A DNA stretch of 64,000 nucleotides from Bryobacterales bacterium (lineage in GTDB: Bacteria; Acidobacteriota; Terriglobia; Bryobacterales; UBA6623). Shown here one piece after another: positions 55,462 through 64,000 of this stretch. The stretch covers positions 8,379-72,378 of the forward strand of contig JAPOOG010000032.1 of the NCBI GenBank assembly GCA_026713545.1, written 5' to 3'. The translations under genes were made by a program, and so were the position numbers. Each line of letters opens with the position of its first letter. Positions within the stretch are counted from its first letter, which is position 1. Under the pieces are notes generated by a model that did not search any database, had not been told where the DNA came from, and worked only from the letters and a program-made list of their open reading frames with translations.

Positions 55462-57930
55462 ATGAAGCCCTTAGCCTGCATGTCTCACCACCCGACGGCC
55501 GCAGCACGCGATAAGACCGCCATGACTTCGTTGCGCTTGCTTGCCGTGCTCGACGTACTGTCAAGTACACTTGCGCGCGCCAAGCGGCTCGCGCCTCGTC
55601 CTGACGGCCCTCTCACGCACTTCACCTCGCCGCGTGGTGAGACATGCAGGCTAGCCGGGTTCGTATTGCATTTGCTGTTTTGCACCGTTGCCGCGGCAAG
55701 CGTGACCGTTGTCGTGGAAGATCCCGGCGGTGACCGCATCGCGGGCGCGCGAGTCGCCCTGCAAACTTCTGTGGGGCGTGAGATCGAAACGCGCCGTACG
55801 TCCGACGCCGGTGAAGCCTCCTTCGAGGGAAATCAAGCCGGCCGCATCGTCGAGGTCGCCGCCGACGGTTTCGAGCCCCAGCTCGTTCTCGTCCCCGACG
55901 ACGAAACGCTCGTTGTCCGCCTGGCGATCGCGACGGTGGCCACCACGATCGAAGTCGAAGCCGAAGCGGAGCCCACCGTCGCCGTCCAGGAAACCGACGC
56001 CTCCGAGCTGGCAGCGATCCCCTCGACCGATCTCATCGAAAATCTGCGCGCCACCCCGGGAGTGAGCGTGCTGCGCCGAGGCGCCACCAACATCGAACCG
56101 GTCGTCGAAGGCCTGCGCGAAACCCAGCTCGCCATGGTCGTCGACGGCACCCGCACCTTCGCCGCCGGCCCTGCCCGCATGGACTCCGAGCTGAGTCACG
56201 TCGAGCCGGGCCACATCAGCAGCGTCGAAGTCGTCACCGGTCCCTACGCCCTGACCAAGGCCGCCGGCGCATTCGGCGCCATTCTGGTGACTTCGCCACA
56301 GGTTCCCCGCTTTGACCGCTGGCAGTTCGGAGGCGGAACCGGCAGCGGCTATCGCAGCAACGGCTCCGGCCGCTACGGACGAGCTCGCCTGTTCGCGGGA
56401 GACAACCGCTTCGGATTCAGCTTGCGCGCCGCGGGCAACCAGGGCAATGACTACCGGGCCGGCGACCGTGGACCGATCAAGGACATCACCATCCCCGGCG
56501 ACTTCAGCAATCACCAGTTCGGCGGCAAGCTGCGCTTCAACCCGGCCAGCAAGCAGGAGATCGCGCTTGGCGGTTTCTACGACGAGCAGACCGGAGTCGA
56601 CTACCCCGGCCGGCTGCTCACCGCCGAGCACTTCATTCTGCGATCGTTCTCCGGCAACTACTACGCCGCCAACCCGGCAGACGGCATCACCGCCATCAAG
56701 GGCAACCTCTACCTCAACAAGAAAAGCCACCGCATGAGCAACCGCGAAAAGCCAACAGCGCTCCCGATGATGGGCCGAAAACCTCCCTTCGCACTCGACG
56801 TAGCACTCCCCACGGAAGCCGATACGCTGGGCGGCTCCGGCAGTGTCGAGTTCGCCCTCACGGAGACGTGGCGGCTGCAGACGGGCTTCGACTTCTACCA
56901 CCTCAGCCAAGACGCGCAACGCTTCGTCGCCCGTCAAGACGACGGCCGGCTGCTCTTCAGCGATGCCGTATGGCCCGACGCCACCATCAACGACCAGGGC
57001 GTTTACGTGCAGACCGTGGGCGCGTTCGAGCGCGGCGAGGTTGCCGCCGGCGCGCGCGCCGATTTCGTGCAGGCCGACGCCGGACGCCCTTCGGACTTCT
57101 TTCTCGCCAACGCCGGCCACGGGATCGACCGTAACGAAACGAATTTCAACGCCAGCCTCGCGGGCCGCTACCGCCTCATCGACGGCGTCTCTCTCTCCGC
57201 CGGAGTGGGCAACGTGCGGCGCACGGCGAACGCGCTGGAGCGCTTCTCCGACCGCTTTCCGAGCACCCGTTTCCAGATCGCAGCCGAGTTCATGGGCCTA
57301 CCGACGATCCAGCCGGAATCCAGCACGCAAGGCAACCTGAACGTCGACGTTACGGTCCGCGACTTCCGGTTCAGCGCCGGCGGTTTCCTCCGCCGCATCA
57401 ACGACTACATCACGGTCCGCCCCGACCCCGACCTGCCGAAACGCCTGCCGCTCAGCCCTGCCGTCGTCTTCCGGTACATCAACGGCGACCACGCGACGTT
57501 CCGCGGCTACCAGTTGGGCGCGGAATACCGCGGTTCGCGCTGGTTCCAGTTCCGCAGCCGGGCCGCCAAGGTCATCGCCGATGACCGCGAGCTCAACGAG
57601 CCCGTCCTCGGCATCGCGCCCTTCGAGCTCTACTCCAGCGTACGCATCCTCGAACCGTCAGGGCGATTCTGGAGCGAGTATTCCGTCCGCAATGTCTGGG
57701 ACCAGCAGCGGGTTTCGATCAGACGCCTCGAAACCCCGTCACCCGGCTTCAGCACGCACGACCTGCGTATTGGAGTGGAAGTACATAAAAAGATCAAGCT
57801 GCACTTCGGACTCGAGAACCTGGGCGACAAGCACTATTTCGAGCACCTGAACTCGCCCAACCCATTCACTCGCCAACGGATCCCCGAGCCCGGCCGCACG
57901 GTTTACCTCAGCCTGACCACCGACTGGTGA
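55462..57930 (+). CDS. TonB-dependent receptor (CarbopepD_reg-like domain + plug + barrel) with the 177-bp element inserted in-frame in its signal-peptide region
   Basis: GGGGAGG RBS then ATG at 55462. 'VTVVVEDPGGDRIAGARVAL', plug 'VSVLRRGATNIEPVVEGLRETQLAMVVDG', and a C-terminal '...VYLSLTTDW'. Confidence 0.85.
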   Translation: MKPLACMSHHPTAAARDKTAMTSLRLLAVLDVLSSTLARAKRLAPRPDGPLTHFTSPRGETCRLAGFVLHLLFCTVAAASVTVVVEDPGGDRIAGARVALQTSVGREIETRRTSDAGEASFEGNQAGRIVEVAADGFEPQLVLVPDDETLVVRLAIATVATTIEVEAEAEPTVAVQETDASELAAIPSTDLIENLRATPGVSVLRRGATNIEPVVEGLRETQLAMVVDGTRTFAAGPARMDSELSHVEPGHISSVEVVTGPYALTKAAGAFGAILVTSPQVPRFDRWQFGGGTGSGYRSNGSGRYGRARLFAGDNRFGFSLRAAGNQGNDYRAGDRGPIKDITIPGDFSNHQFGGKLRFNPASKQEIALGGFYDEQTGVDYPGRLLTAEHFILRSFSGNYYAANPADGITAIKGNLYLNKKSHRMSNREKPTALPMMGRKPPFALDVALPTEADTLGGSGSVEFALTETWRLQTGFDFYHLSQDAQRFVARQDDGRLLFSDAVWPDATINDQGVYVQTVGAFERGEVAAGARADFVQADAGRPSDFFLANAGHGIDRNETNFNASLAGRYRLIDGVSLSAGVGNVRRTANALERFSDRFPSTRFQIAAEFMGLPTIQPESSTQGNLNVDVTVRDFRFSAGGFLRRINDYITVRPDPDLPKRLPLSPAVVFRYINGDHATFRGYQLGAEYRGSRWFQFRSRAAKVIADDRELNEPVLGIAPFELYSSVRILEPSGRFWSEYSVRNVWDQQRVSIRRLETPSPGFSTHDLRIGVEVHKKIKLHFGLENLGDKHYFEHLNSPNPFTRQRIPEPGRTVYLSLTTDW
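55475..55651. mobile_element. 177-bp TIR element, copy D (in-frame in the TonB receptor 5' end)
   Basis: CCTGCATGTCTCACCAC ... GTGGTGAGACATGCAGG, with flanks TTAG / cTAG. Removing 180 bp gives 'MKPLAGFVLHLLFCTVAAASV', a normal signal peptide. Confidence 0.8.
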
Positions 57931-58035
57931 GACTCATCACGGAGCCCCATCGCCGGGTCTTCACTCCGGGAGCGCCGCTTTTCACGCTTCGGCGGAATCG
58001 GCAACCTCGCGAGACAGTCGCGAGAAAGGGATCAT

Positions 58036-58576
58036 CCTGCATTTCTCACCACCGACGGCCGAAGCACACGAGGAAAAGGCCGTGGTTAGTGGTTAGTGGT
58101 TAGTTATTAGTGAAAAACCTTTGGCGGGGGCTTGGTCCGCTCCAGAAGAAATGTCTGACGGCCAGCGAACCGTAAGGCCATGATTCGTGCTTCATGACCC
58201 GAGGGCCGAAAGAGGCGAGATGGCCGCTAGCAGCCCGTGGTGAAAGTCACGCGGGCGGCGTTACGCGCCTTGGGGTCGATTGCGCAACGTGTGGCTGCTC
58301 CAGTAACGCAGCACCGCGCTCTCCGAGCAACCGAGCGGAAGGGGCGCGTGACCCGTTGGGCGACGGACATTTGCAGTCGTCGGCTTTGTCGTTCGTCGGA
58401 GGAGATCACCCGGACCGCCATGCTCCTCACTCCGCGCCGAGCAACCGCAGGAGCCCGCCGCGCCTTCCACGGGACTTCCACCACGGACTGCTAGGCCTGC
58501 GCGCGCCCAGCGGCTCGCTCCTCGCCCTGACGGCCCTCTCACACACTTCACCTCGCCGCGTGGTGAGAAATGCAGG
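58036..58576. repeat. 541-bp composite element E bounded by both TIRs of the 177-bp family and flanked by ATCAT direct repeats
   Basis: Left end CCTGCATTTCTCACCAC (58036). Right end GTGGTGAGAAATGCAGG (ends 58576). ATCAT lies immediately outside both ends. The interior carries GTGGTTA heptamers (58081-58112), an S-core (58112-58182) and extra modules. Confidence 0.75.
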
Positions 58577-58705
58577 ATCATCACAGGAACCGCAACGGCT
58601 CTTCGTGCTTTCGCCTGGCTGTGGCGCTCTGCCGCTCTCTTCTGCAAGGCCACAGAAGAGCTCGACGATCTATAGGAATCTGCGACTCGCCTTGCCAAGC
58701 AGGCT

Positions 58706-60418
58706 TCAACCGCCCGCTGACGGCTTCCAGCCCGGCCCACGCACGAAGCGTCCCGGAGTGGCGCCGGTGTGTTCGCCGTCTTTGAGAACGTGGCCGCCAT
58801 TGACGAAGACGTGGATCACGCCGGTCGAGAACTGGTGCGGCTCGGTATAGGTGGCGCGATCCTGAATGGTCTCGGGGTCGAAGGCGACGATGTCGGCGTA
58901 ATACCCCTCCTTGAGCATTCCCCGGCGGTCAATCTTCAAGACCTGGGCCGGAAGCGCAGACATCCTGTGCAGCGCCTGCTCAAGGCTCAGCACTTTTTCC
59001 TCACGAACGTACTTGGCCAGGATGCGCGGGTAGCTGCCGTAGGCGCGGGGGTGGATGTGGGTCTTGAGAAAGATGCCTTCGGGCGCTACCGCAGGCGAGT
59101 CCGTACAGAAGCTCATCCAGGGCAGCGGGATCTTCTTGCGGATGTTTTCTTCGGCCATCGAGAAACCGACCGACATGACGCGGCTGTCGTCTTTGATGAT
59201 CAGGTCCATCGCCGCTTCTTCGGGTGAGACGCCCCATAGCTCGGCGATCTCCGCGACGGTCTTGCCGTTCAAGTGCTTGAGTTCGGGTTTCTGCAGCCCC
59301 ACGACCAAGTAGCCGGTAGGACCTCCGACGCCGAGATAGAGGTTTTCCCAGTCATCGGCCGGGGTCAGCATCTCACGGGCGATCCGTTTGCGGAACGCGG
59401 GATCTTTCAGCCGTCGGACTCGCTCCTGCTGTCCGCCCTCGCCGACCCACGGCGGCATCGCAGCGGTCAGGCCGCCGGAACCGGCGTTGTAAGGATAGGT
59501 GTCGGCCGTGATCCGGAGGCCGTCGGCACGGGCCTGCTCGATCATGGCGACCGCCTTGTCGAGATTCCCCACGTTCTCTCGGCCTACGGCCTTCAAGTGA
59601 TAAACCTCGGCTCGGATGCCCGCCTCCTTAGCGATGGTGATCACCTCCGCGATGCCGTCGAGCAACCGCGGCCCGGAGAAGCGCATGTGGGAGGCGTAGA
59701 GGCCATCGTACTCCGCAGCTATCGAGGCGAGCGCGACCAACTCATCCGTCTTGGCATAAGGGCCGGGCACTTGCATCAGAGCCGACGCGACTCCCATCGC
59801 GCCTTCCTCCATGGCGGTCCGAGTAAGCGCCTGCATACGGGCCAGTTCCTCGGGCGCGGGCGGACGGTTCTCCTGACCCAACTCGTGAATGCGGGCGGTG
59901 GTAGCGCCGATGAACGAGGCCACGTTGGGGGATACACCTCGCGTCTCCAAGTGTTGGAGGTATTCGGCCAACGTGGTCCAAGCGATGTCGTACGGCAGGT
60001 CATCGCCTCGCTCCTGCATGTCCTGCTTGACCGCCTCGTTCACGGGTCCCATCGAACGGCCCTCGCCCATGACTTCGAGCGTGATGCCCTGATAGATGTC
60101 GCTCTGGGCGCGTCCATCGACCACGATGGTCTCCTGAGAGTGGCTCATCATGTTGATGAAACCGGGAGCGACGGCCAGTCCGCTCACATCGATTTCCGTC
60201 TTGGCTCCGTGATCTGCGAGTTGACCAATGGCCGCTATCGTATCGCCGCAGATAGCGACATCAGCCTGAACCGGCGCGTCGCCGCTTCCGTCGTAGACCA
60301 GGCCGTTACGGAGGATGACATCGTACTCCGCCGGAGCAGAACAAGAGGCGCCGAGGACCAGTCCCGCAACAGCCCCCGACAGCAGGCATCCATGGGTAAA
60401 GGAACGTTTATTCAGCAT
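58706..60418 (-). CDS. D-aminoacylase / N-acyl-D-amino-acid deacylase family amidohydrolase (secreted or lipoprotein)
   Basis: Start at 'MLNKRSFTHGCLLSGAVAGLVLGASCSA'. Also 'YDVILRNGLVYDGSG', 'IDVSGLAVAPGFINMMSHS', 'VFVNGGHVLKDGEHTG'. The upstream part of the ORF (60419-60703) is repeat DNA. Confidence 0.85.
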   Translation of the reverse strand: MLNKRSFTHGCLLSGAVAGLVLGASCSAPAEYDVILRNGLVYDGSGDAPVQADVAICGDTIAAIGQLADHGAKTEIDVSGLAVAPGFINMMSHSQETIVVDGRAQSDIYQGITLEVMGEGRSMGPVNEAVKQDMQERGDDLPYDIAWTTLAEYLQHLETRGVSPNVASFIGATTARIHELGQENRPPAPEELARMQALTRTAMEEGAMGVASALMQVPGPYAKTDELVALASIAAEYDGLYASHMRFSGPRLLDGIAEVITIAKEAGIRAEVYHLKAVGRENVGNLDKAVAMIEQARADGLRITADTYPYNAGSGGLTAAMPPWVGEGGQQERVRRLKDPAFRKRIAREMLTPADDWENLYLGVGGPTGYLVVGLQKPELKHLNGKTVAEIAELWGVSPEEAAMDLIIKDDSRVMSVGFSMAEENIRKKIPLPWMSFCTDSPAVAPEGIFLKTHIHPRAYGSYPRILAKYVREEKVLSLEQALHRMSALPAQVLKIDRRGMLKEGYYADIVAFDPETIQDRATYTEPHQFSTGVIHVFVNGGHVLKDGEHTGATPGRFVRGPGWKPSAGG

Positions 60419-60834
60419 TGCGGAGAAGTGTATCACGCGGGGGGTCGCAGACAGCGAATAAAGGCCGTGATTCGTGATTCGTGTCTCGTGAAAAACATTG
60501 GTGGGGGCCTGGTTCGCTCCAGAAGAAATGTCTGACGGCAGATGAACCGGAAAGGCCGTGTGTCGTGTCAAAAACCCGTGTTTCGTTTCTCTTGTCTCGT
60601 GTTTCGTGAAGCGAAAGGCGGAAAGGACGTGATGCGTGATGCGAAAAACCTTTGGGTGACGGACGTTTTTGTTCCGAGACCACGAATGGACACGAATCAA
60701 CACGAAGGGAGGGGTGTTTTATTGCGCCGGCGGTGATGCGGGCAAGCGCCCAGAGGGCACCCGCGCGCTACCAGGGCTCCACGCCTTCCACGGGATTTTT
60801 TACCACCACCACGGGCTGTTATGTCTTTGGGATA
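60419..60834. repeat. Mosaic intergenic repeat zone 6 (heptamer words, S-core, 'CACGAATGGACACGAA' module, 'ATGCGGGCAAGCGCCCAGAGGGCAC' module)
   Basis: S-core at 60490-60560. Word tracts at 60466-60490 and 60556-60660. The 60681-60790 stretch shares modules with 54060-54100 and, inverted, with 25790-25850. Confidence 0.75.
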
Positions 60835-61734
60835 TCACATCTGTCCGTCAGGAGGGTCCACGACCACATCTTCGCAAGCGTGCCGGAGCCTGACGGCGCC
60901 GCCTTGAAGAAAGACAGCGAGGGCCTGCTCGTAGAGGGCGCGTTGAATCCGGATTTGACCGCTCCAGCAGCCGAGTTGCTGATAGCGCCGGATCGCACGG
61001 ACCAGGCTCTCGCGCCCGACTCCCTCGAAACAGGAAGCTTCCTTTTCCGCTATCTCTTCCGGGGCGCTCTGTTGAACCCAGCGGCGTGCCTGGCGATACA
61101 CCTGCATGAAGGTCTTTGCGAGAGGGCGTCTGAGGAACTCGCGCGTCGCCATAAGAGAACTGAACGCCACCTCAGGCATGGCCTCCCCCACAGAGGCGAC
61201 AACGCGGGCGATGCCGTCGTGCTCAAGTTGCTGCGGAGCCGGTCCCTGTTGATGGATGAAGTCACCTTGTCCGGATCGAAACGCTTGATCCATTGCTTCC
61301 GCATCGCCGGCGTCGACCAAGTTTACCTTGTCCCAATCGACACCTTGCACCTGGGCGGCGTACCGCAGCATGAGAAGCGGTTGACGGCCATGATCGGCGA
61401 GAAGGGTCAATCCCTCCAGCTTTTTCCAGTTGAAGTCCCTGTCACGCCGCCTGCCTGCAAGGAAGAACCCGTCCCGGCGATTAATCAGAGCAAAATGCAC
61501 CGGCAGACCGCTCTCGCCACGCTCCATGGGACCGAAGTTCGATCCGGGAGCTGACTGCATGATGTCCACAGACCCGTTTTGCAACAAGGCGTGTGAGCGC
61601 ACTCCGGGCGGCAGGACATCGTATCGCGATTCAATGCCCTCCTTGCGCAGAAAACCCGCGGCGATCGTCGAGATCAGCGGGCTGTAGAATGCCGAGTGGC
61701 GGGCAACCATGAGGCGGATCCGGGGTCGAGGCAT
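60835..61734 (-). CDS. NMT1/THI5-like (SsuA/TauA-type periplasmic-binding-fold) protein, no signal peptide
   Basis: 'IRLMVARHSAFYSPLISTIAAGFLRKEGIE' resembles the N-terminus of the NMT1/ABC substrate-binding fold. GGAG RBS. Family call is moderate. Confidence 0.65.
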   Translation of the reverse strand: MPRPRIRLMVARHSAFYSPLISTIAAGFLRKEGIESRYDVLPPGVRSHALLQNGSVDIMQSAPGSNFGPMERGESGLPVHFALINRRDGFFLAGRRRDRDFNWKKLEGLTLLADHGRQPLLMLRYAAQVQGVDWDKVNLVDAGDAEAMDQAFRSGQGDFIHQQGPAPQQLEHDGIARVVASVGEAMPEVAFSSLMATREFLRRPLAKTFMQVYRQARRWVQQSAPEEIAEKEASCFEGVGRESLVRAIRRYQQLGCWSGQIRIQRALYEQALAVFLQGGAVRLRHACEDVVVDPPDGQM

Positions 61735-61749
61735 GGGCAGGGCTCCTAA

Positions 61750-61996
61750 CCTGCATTAAAGGCCGTGTTTCGTGACTCGTGACTCGTGTCTCGTGTCTCG
61801 TGAAAACCGTTGGCGGGGGTCTAGTTCGCTCTCGAAAGAAATGTCTGACGGTCGGTGAACCGTAAAGGGCGTGTTTCGTGAACCGAGGGGTGAAGGAGGC
61901 GATATGGCCACTACATCTGCGCGCGCCCAGCGGGGCTCACCTCGCCCCGACGGCCCTCTCACGAACTTCGCCTCGCCACGCGGCGAGAAATACAGG
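61750..61996. repeat. Long-form composite element F (heptamer words + S-core + one arm of the 177-bp element)
   Basis: Starts CCTGCATTAAAGGCCGTG. Words GTGTTTC/GTGACTC/GTGTCTC at 61764-61802. S-core at 61802-61873. Arm '...GCGCGCGCCCAGCGGGGCTCACCTCGCCCCGACGGCCCTCTCACGAACTTCGCCTCGCCACGCGGCGAGAAATACAGG'. Begins 15 nt upstream of the ATG at 61734. Confidence 0.75.
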
Positions 61997-62146
61997 CCCA
62001 ATGTCATGGGAATTTCCCGGCAGCCGGGCCTTTGCCAAGCAGCGCTTTCCATCCACGAGACTAACATGCGCGGCGCTGAGAAAAACGGCAGTTGTCTATC
62101 CGGTTCGGGGGCCGGTCTGAAACAATAAAGTCTGCCCGCCGGACTC

Positions 62147-62860
62147 ATGGATCGAGATGCCACACCTCACACGGGTCGAGCAAAGCTCTTGCGCTTGCAC
62201 AGGCCGGTCGCCCGCTACTTCCGAACGAAACGGCTGCGTTGGTTCACATCCGTGTTTGACGTCAAATCGACAACACGAGTTCTTGACTTGGGAGGATTGG
62301 CCTATTATTGGGATTTCCTGGATGAGCCTCCGGCGGTGACCATCATCAACCTCGAGCCCCCTGTCGAGGGCACCGGTTCTTCGAGATGGGTAGTGGCGGA
62401 TGCAACCCGGCTGCCTTTCCGAAACGAGGCATTCGACGTCGTCTTCTCAAACTCTCTCATCGAGCACATCATCGGGGACTCCGACCGCAAAGCCTTCGCG
62501 GACGAGGTACGGCGCGTTGGCCGTCGTTTTTGCGTGCAGACCCCCAATCGCCGGTTTCCCATCGAGCCGCACCTGATGACGCCGCTGATTCATTTCCTCC
62601 CGCGCCGGCTGCAGAAGAAGCTCGTTCGCAACTTCACGCTGTGGGGCTGGATTGCGCGGCCGACACTGGCGGAAGCGTCCGGTTTCCTGGGGCTGACCAA
62701 GCTGATCGACCGGCGTGAGTTCGAGCTATTGTTTCCCGGAGCAACGATCATCTGCGAGAGGTTTCTCGGCCTCACGAAATCGTTCACGGCGGTGGGGTTA
62801 GCGGACAAAGCCGGCATGTACCCTCGTCAGAGCCAAGCGCCGCAGGCGAGCACCGTATAA
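62147..62860 (+). CDS. Class I SAM-dependent methyltransferase
   Basis: 'VLDLGG' (motif I-like), 'ADATRLPFRNEAFDVVFSNSLIEH' (Methyltransf_11-like), and a conserved 'PNRRFPIEPH' tail. Confidence 0.8.
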   Translation: MDRDATPHTGRAKLLRLHRPVARYFRTKRLRWFTSVFDVKSTTRVLDLGGLAYYWDFLDEPPAVTIINLEPPVEGTGSSRWVVADATRLPFRNEAFDVVFSNSLIEHIIGDSDRKAFADEVRRVGRRFCVQTPNRRFPIEPHLMTPLIHFLPRRLQKKLVRNFTLWGWIARPTLAEASGFLGLTKLIDRREFELLFPGATIICERFLGLTKSFTAVGLADKAGMYPRQSQAPQASTV

Positions 62861-62907
62861 CGATGGGCACCCAGTCACCTGCTGCCGCCTGGGCAGGGGA
62901 AACACAT

Positions 62908-64000
62908 ATGCCACAAGGGGGCCGGGCTCGTCGGCGCTGCGGATATCCCGCCGTGCTCCTGGTATTTCTGAAGATCGTAATCGTAACCATCCAACCATCA
63001 CACGGACTGGCAGCCCAGCCCTTGCGGCTCGAAGACATTTTCTCGGAGCACGGACTGGAAGGCCCCACGCCAACCCAGTTCCAGTGGAGTCCCGACGGGC
63101 ACTGGCTCAGCTACATCCTGGCCGAGGAAGAGAGTGATCGGCGAAATCTCTGGGCGGCTTCGGCCGAGAGCGGCGAGAAGAAGGTTCTTGTCAGTTACGA
63201 ACAACTCCGGAATTTGGCAGAGCGGGCAACTTCGACGCAGGACGAACGCGAGAAAGAGCGTTTGCTGCGTTACGCGGTGGCTTCGTATCTTTGGTCTCCC
63301 GACTCGAAGTCCCTGCTGTTCACGAATGACGGCCGTCTCTATCTCTATCATCCGGACACGCAAAAGGCGCGGCCCATCGCCCCGGAGAAGCAAGGAGTCC
63401 GCGATGCCAAGTTTTCACCGAACGGGCGCTGGATCTCGTTTCTCTACAAGCACGACATCTGGCTCGCGCCAGCCGACGGAGGCGACGAGCGACCGCTTAC
63501 GAGCGGGGCATCCGAGAAGTTGCTTCACGGCGATCTCGATTGGATCTACCCCGAGGAATTCGGGTTACGCACGGGGTATCACTGGTCTCCGGATTCCGCT
63601 CGGATCGCCTTTCTCGAACTGAATCAGGAGCATGTTCCCGAGTTCCCGATCACTTACCTCACGCCGGCCGCGCCGCGGCTCGAACTTCAGCACTACCCCA
63701 AGCCCGGCGACCCGAACCCGATCGCCCGTGTGGGCATTGTCGAGACAAAGCCGAGGACCGGCAGGCAGCCCGACCATGTCTGGGTCAAAGGGCATGCCGA
63801 ATATACGCCGCGAATCGACTGGGCGGATGCAACGACTCTCGCCATTCAGCGATTGAACCGGCGTCAGAACGAGCTTCAACTTCTGTTCGTGGATGCCCAC
63901 CGCGGCCGTCCGCGGCGGATTCTCAAAGAAACAGATCCCTATTGGATCAATGTCACCGACGACCTGACTTTTCTTCGGGCATCCCGGCGGTTTCTTTGGA
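62908..64000 (+). CDS. S9-family dipeptidyl-peptidase IV-type protein, N-terminal propeller region (3' end outside window)
   Basis: My own translation from the ATG at 62908 gives 'MPQGGRARRRCGYPAVLLVFL...FQWSPDGHWLSYI...AKFSPNGRWISFLYKHDIWLA...DWIYPEEFGLRTGYHWSPDSARIAFLELNQEHVPEFPI'. This matches the DPPIV_N hallmark pattern. The frame is open to the window end and is not listed in the ORF track. Confidence 0.8.
   Translation, partial: MPQGGRARRRCGYPAVLLVFLKIVIVTIQPSHGLAAQPLRLEDIFSEHGLEGPTPTQFQWSPDGHWLSYILAEEESDRRNLWAASAESGEKKVLVSYEQLRNLAERATSTQDEREKERLLRYAVASYLWSPDSKSLLFTNDGRLYLYHPDTQKARPIAPEKQGVRDAKFSPNGRWISFLYKHDIWLAPADGGDERPLTSGASEKLLHGDLDWIYPEEFGLRTGYHWSPDSARIAFLELNQEHVPEFPITYLTPAAPRLELQHYPKPGDPNPIARVGIVETKPRTGRQPDHVWVKGHAEYTPRIDWADATTLAIQRLNRRQNELQLLFVDAHRGRPRRILKETDPYWINVTDDLTFLRASRRFLW

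Noticed and set aside
58194-58850. 218-aa and 179-aa ORFs inside composite element E, considered as a possible transposase
   Set aside because: No recognisable DDE, HTH or Y1 motifs. They are Arg/Pro/Ser-rich, run across module boundaries, and overlap the 3' end of the D-aminoacylase gene.
60419-60703. 95-codon N-terminal extension of the D-aminoacylase ORF
   Set aside because: The extension translates heptamer words and the S-core repeat ('HETRETKHG...PSDISSGAN'). A proper signal/lipobox N-terminus starts at the ATG at 60418.

Overview
High-GC bacterial chromosomal window. The gene content looks like Acidobacteriota (Solibacter/Bryobacter-like). That call is an inference from TonB receptors with carboxypeptidase-regulatory domains, a PSCyt/DUF1549/DUF1553 + DUF1501 pair, and many Tat- or lipobox-bearing exported enzymes. 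I can support about 45 protein genes and found no rRNA, tRNA or CRISPR array.

Gene layout, left to right:
1. 1-5.8 kb: sugar-acid-type operon (Tat-signal enolase-superfamily enzyme, MFS transporter, GntR regulator, DapA-like lyase, second enolase-superfamily enzyme).
2. 5.9-11.5 kb: Tat-signal AGE-family protein plus the DUF1501 / PSCyt-DUF1553 pair.
3. 11.8-36.4 kb: a dense block of exported hydrolytic and PLP enzymes. It holds two PD40-propeller/PHP-like hydrolases, two formamidases, two SelA-like PLP enzymes, a large TonB-dependent receptor, four tandem Tat-lipoprotein class-V PLP enzymes, GGT and a beta-propeller protein.
4. 37.9-43.5 kb: Alternative Complex III-like cluster (actA, B1, B2, C, D, E).
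5. 43.6-50.1 kb: conserved rapZ-hpf-rpoN-lptB-lptA/C-like cluster.
6. 50.3-64 kb: another Tat-signal enolase-superfamily enzyme, an ABC-F ATPase, a Cys/His-rich small protein plus TonB receptor, D-aminoacylase, an NMT1-like protein, a SAM methyltransferase and a truncated DPP-IV-type S9 peptidase.

The most unusual signal is in non-genic DNA, where at least three repeat families occur:
- A 177-bp element with terminal inverted repeats sits in-frame inside two coding genes, in the same orientation and frame. Longer composite forms lie in promoter-proximal intergenic DNA.
- An 85-89 bp hairpin element has independently split both genes of a vapBC toxin-antitoxin pair. A third copy lies directly upstream of a PLP-enzyme gene.
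- Mosaic intergenic 'repeat zones' are built from shuffled conserved modules that flank short tandem-repeat cassettes with differing unit sequences.

All functional calls come from reading motifs in the supplied translations. No database search was possible.
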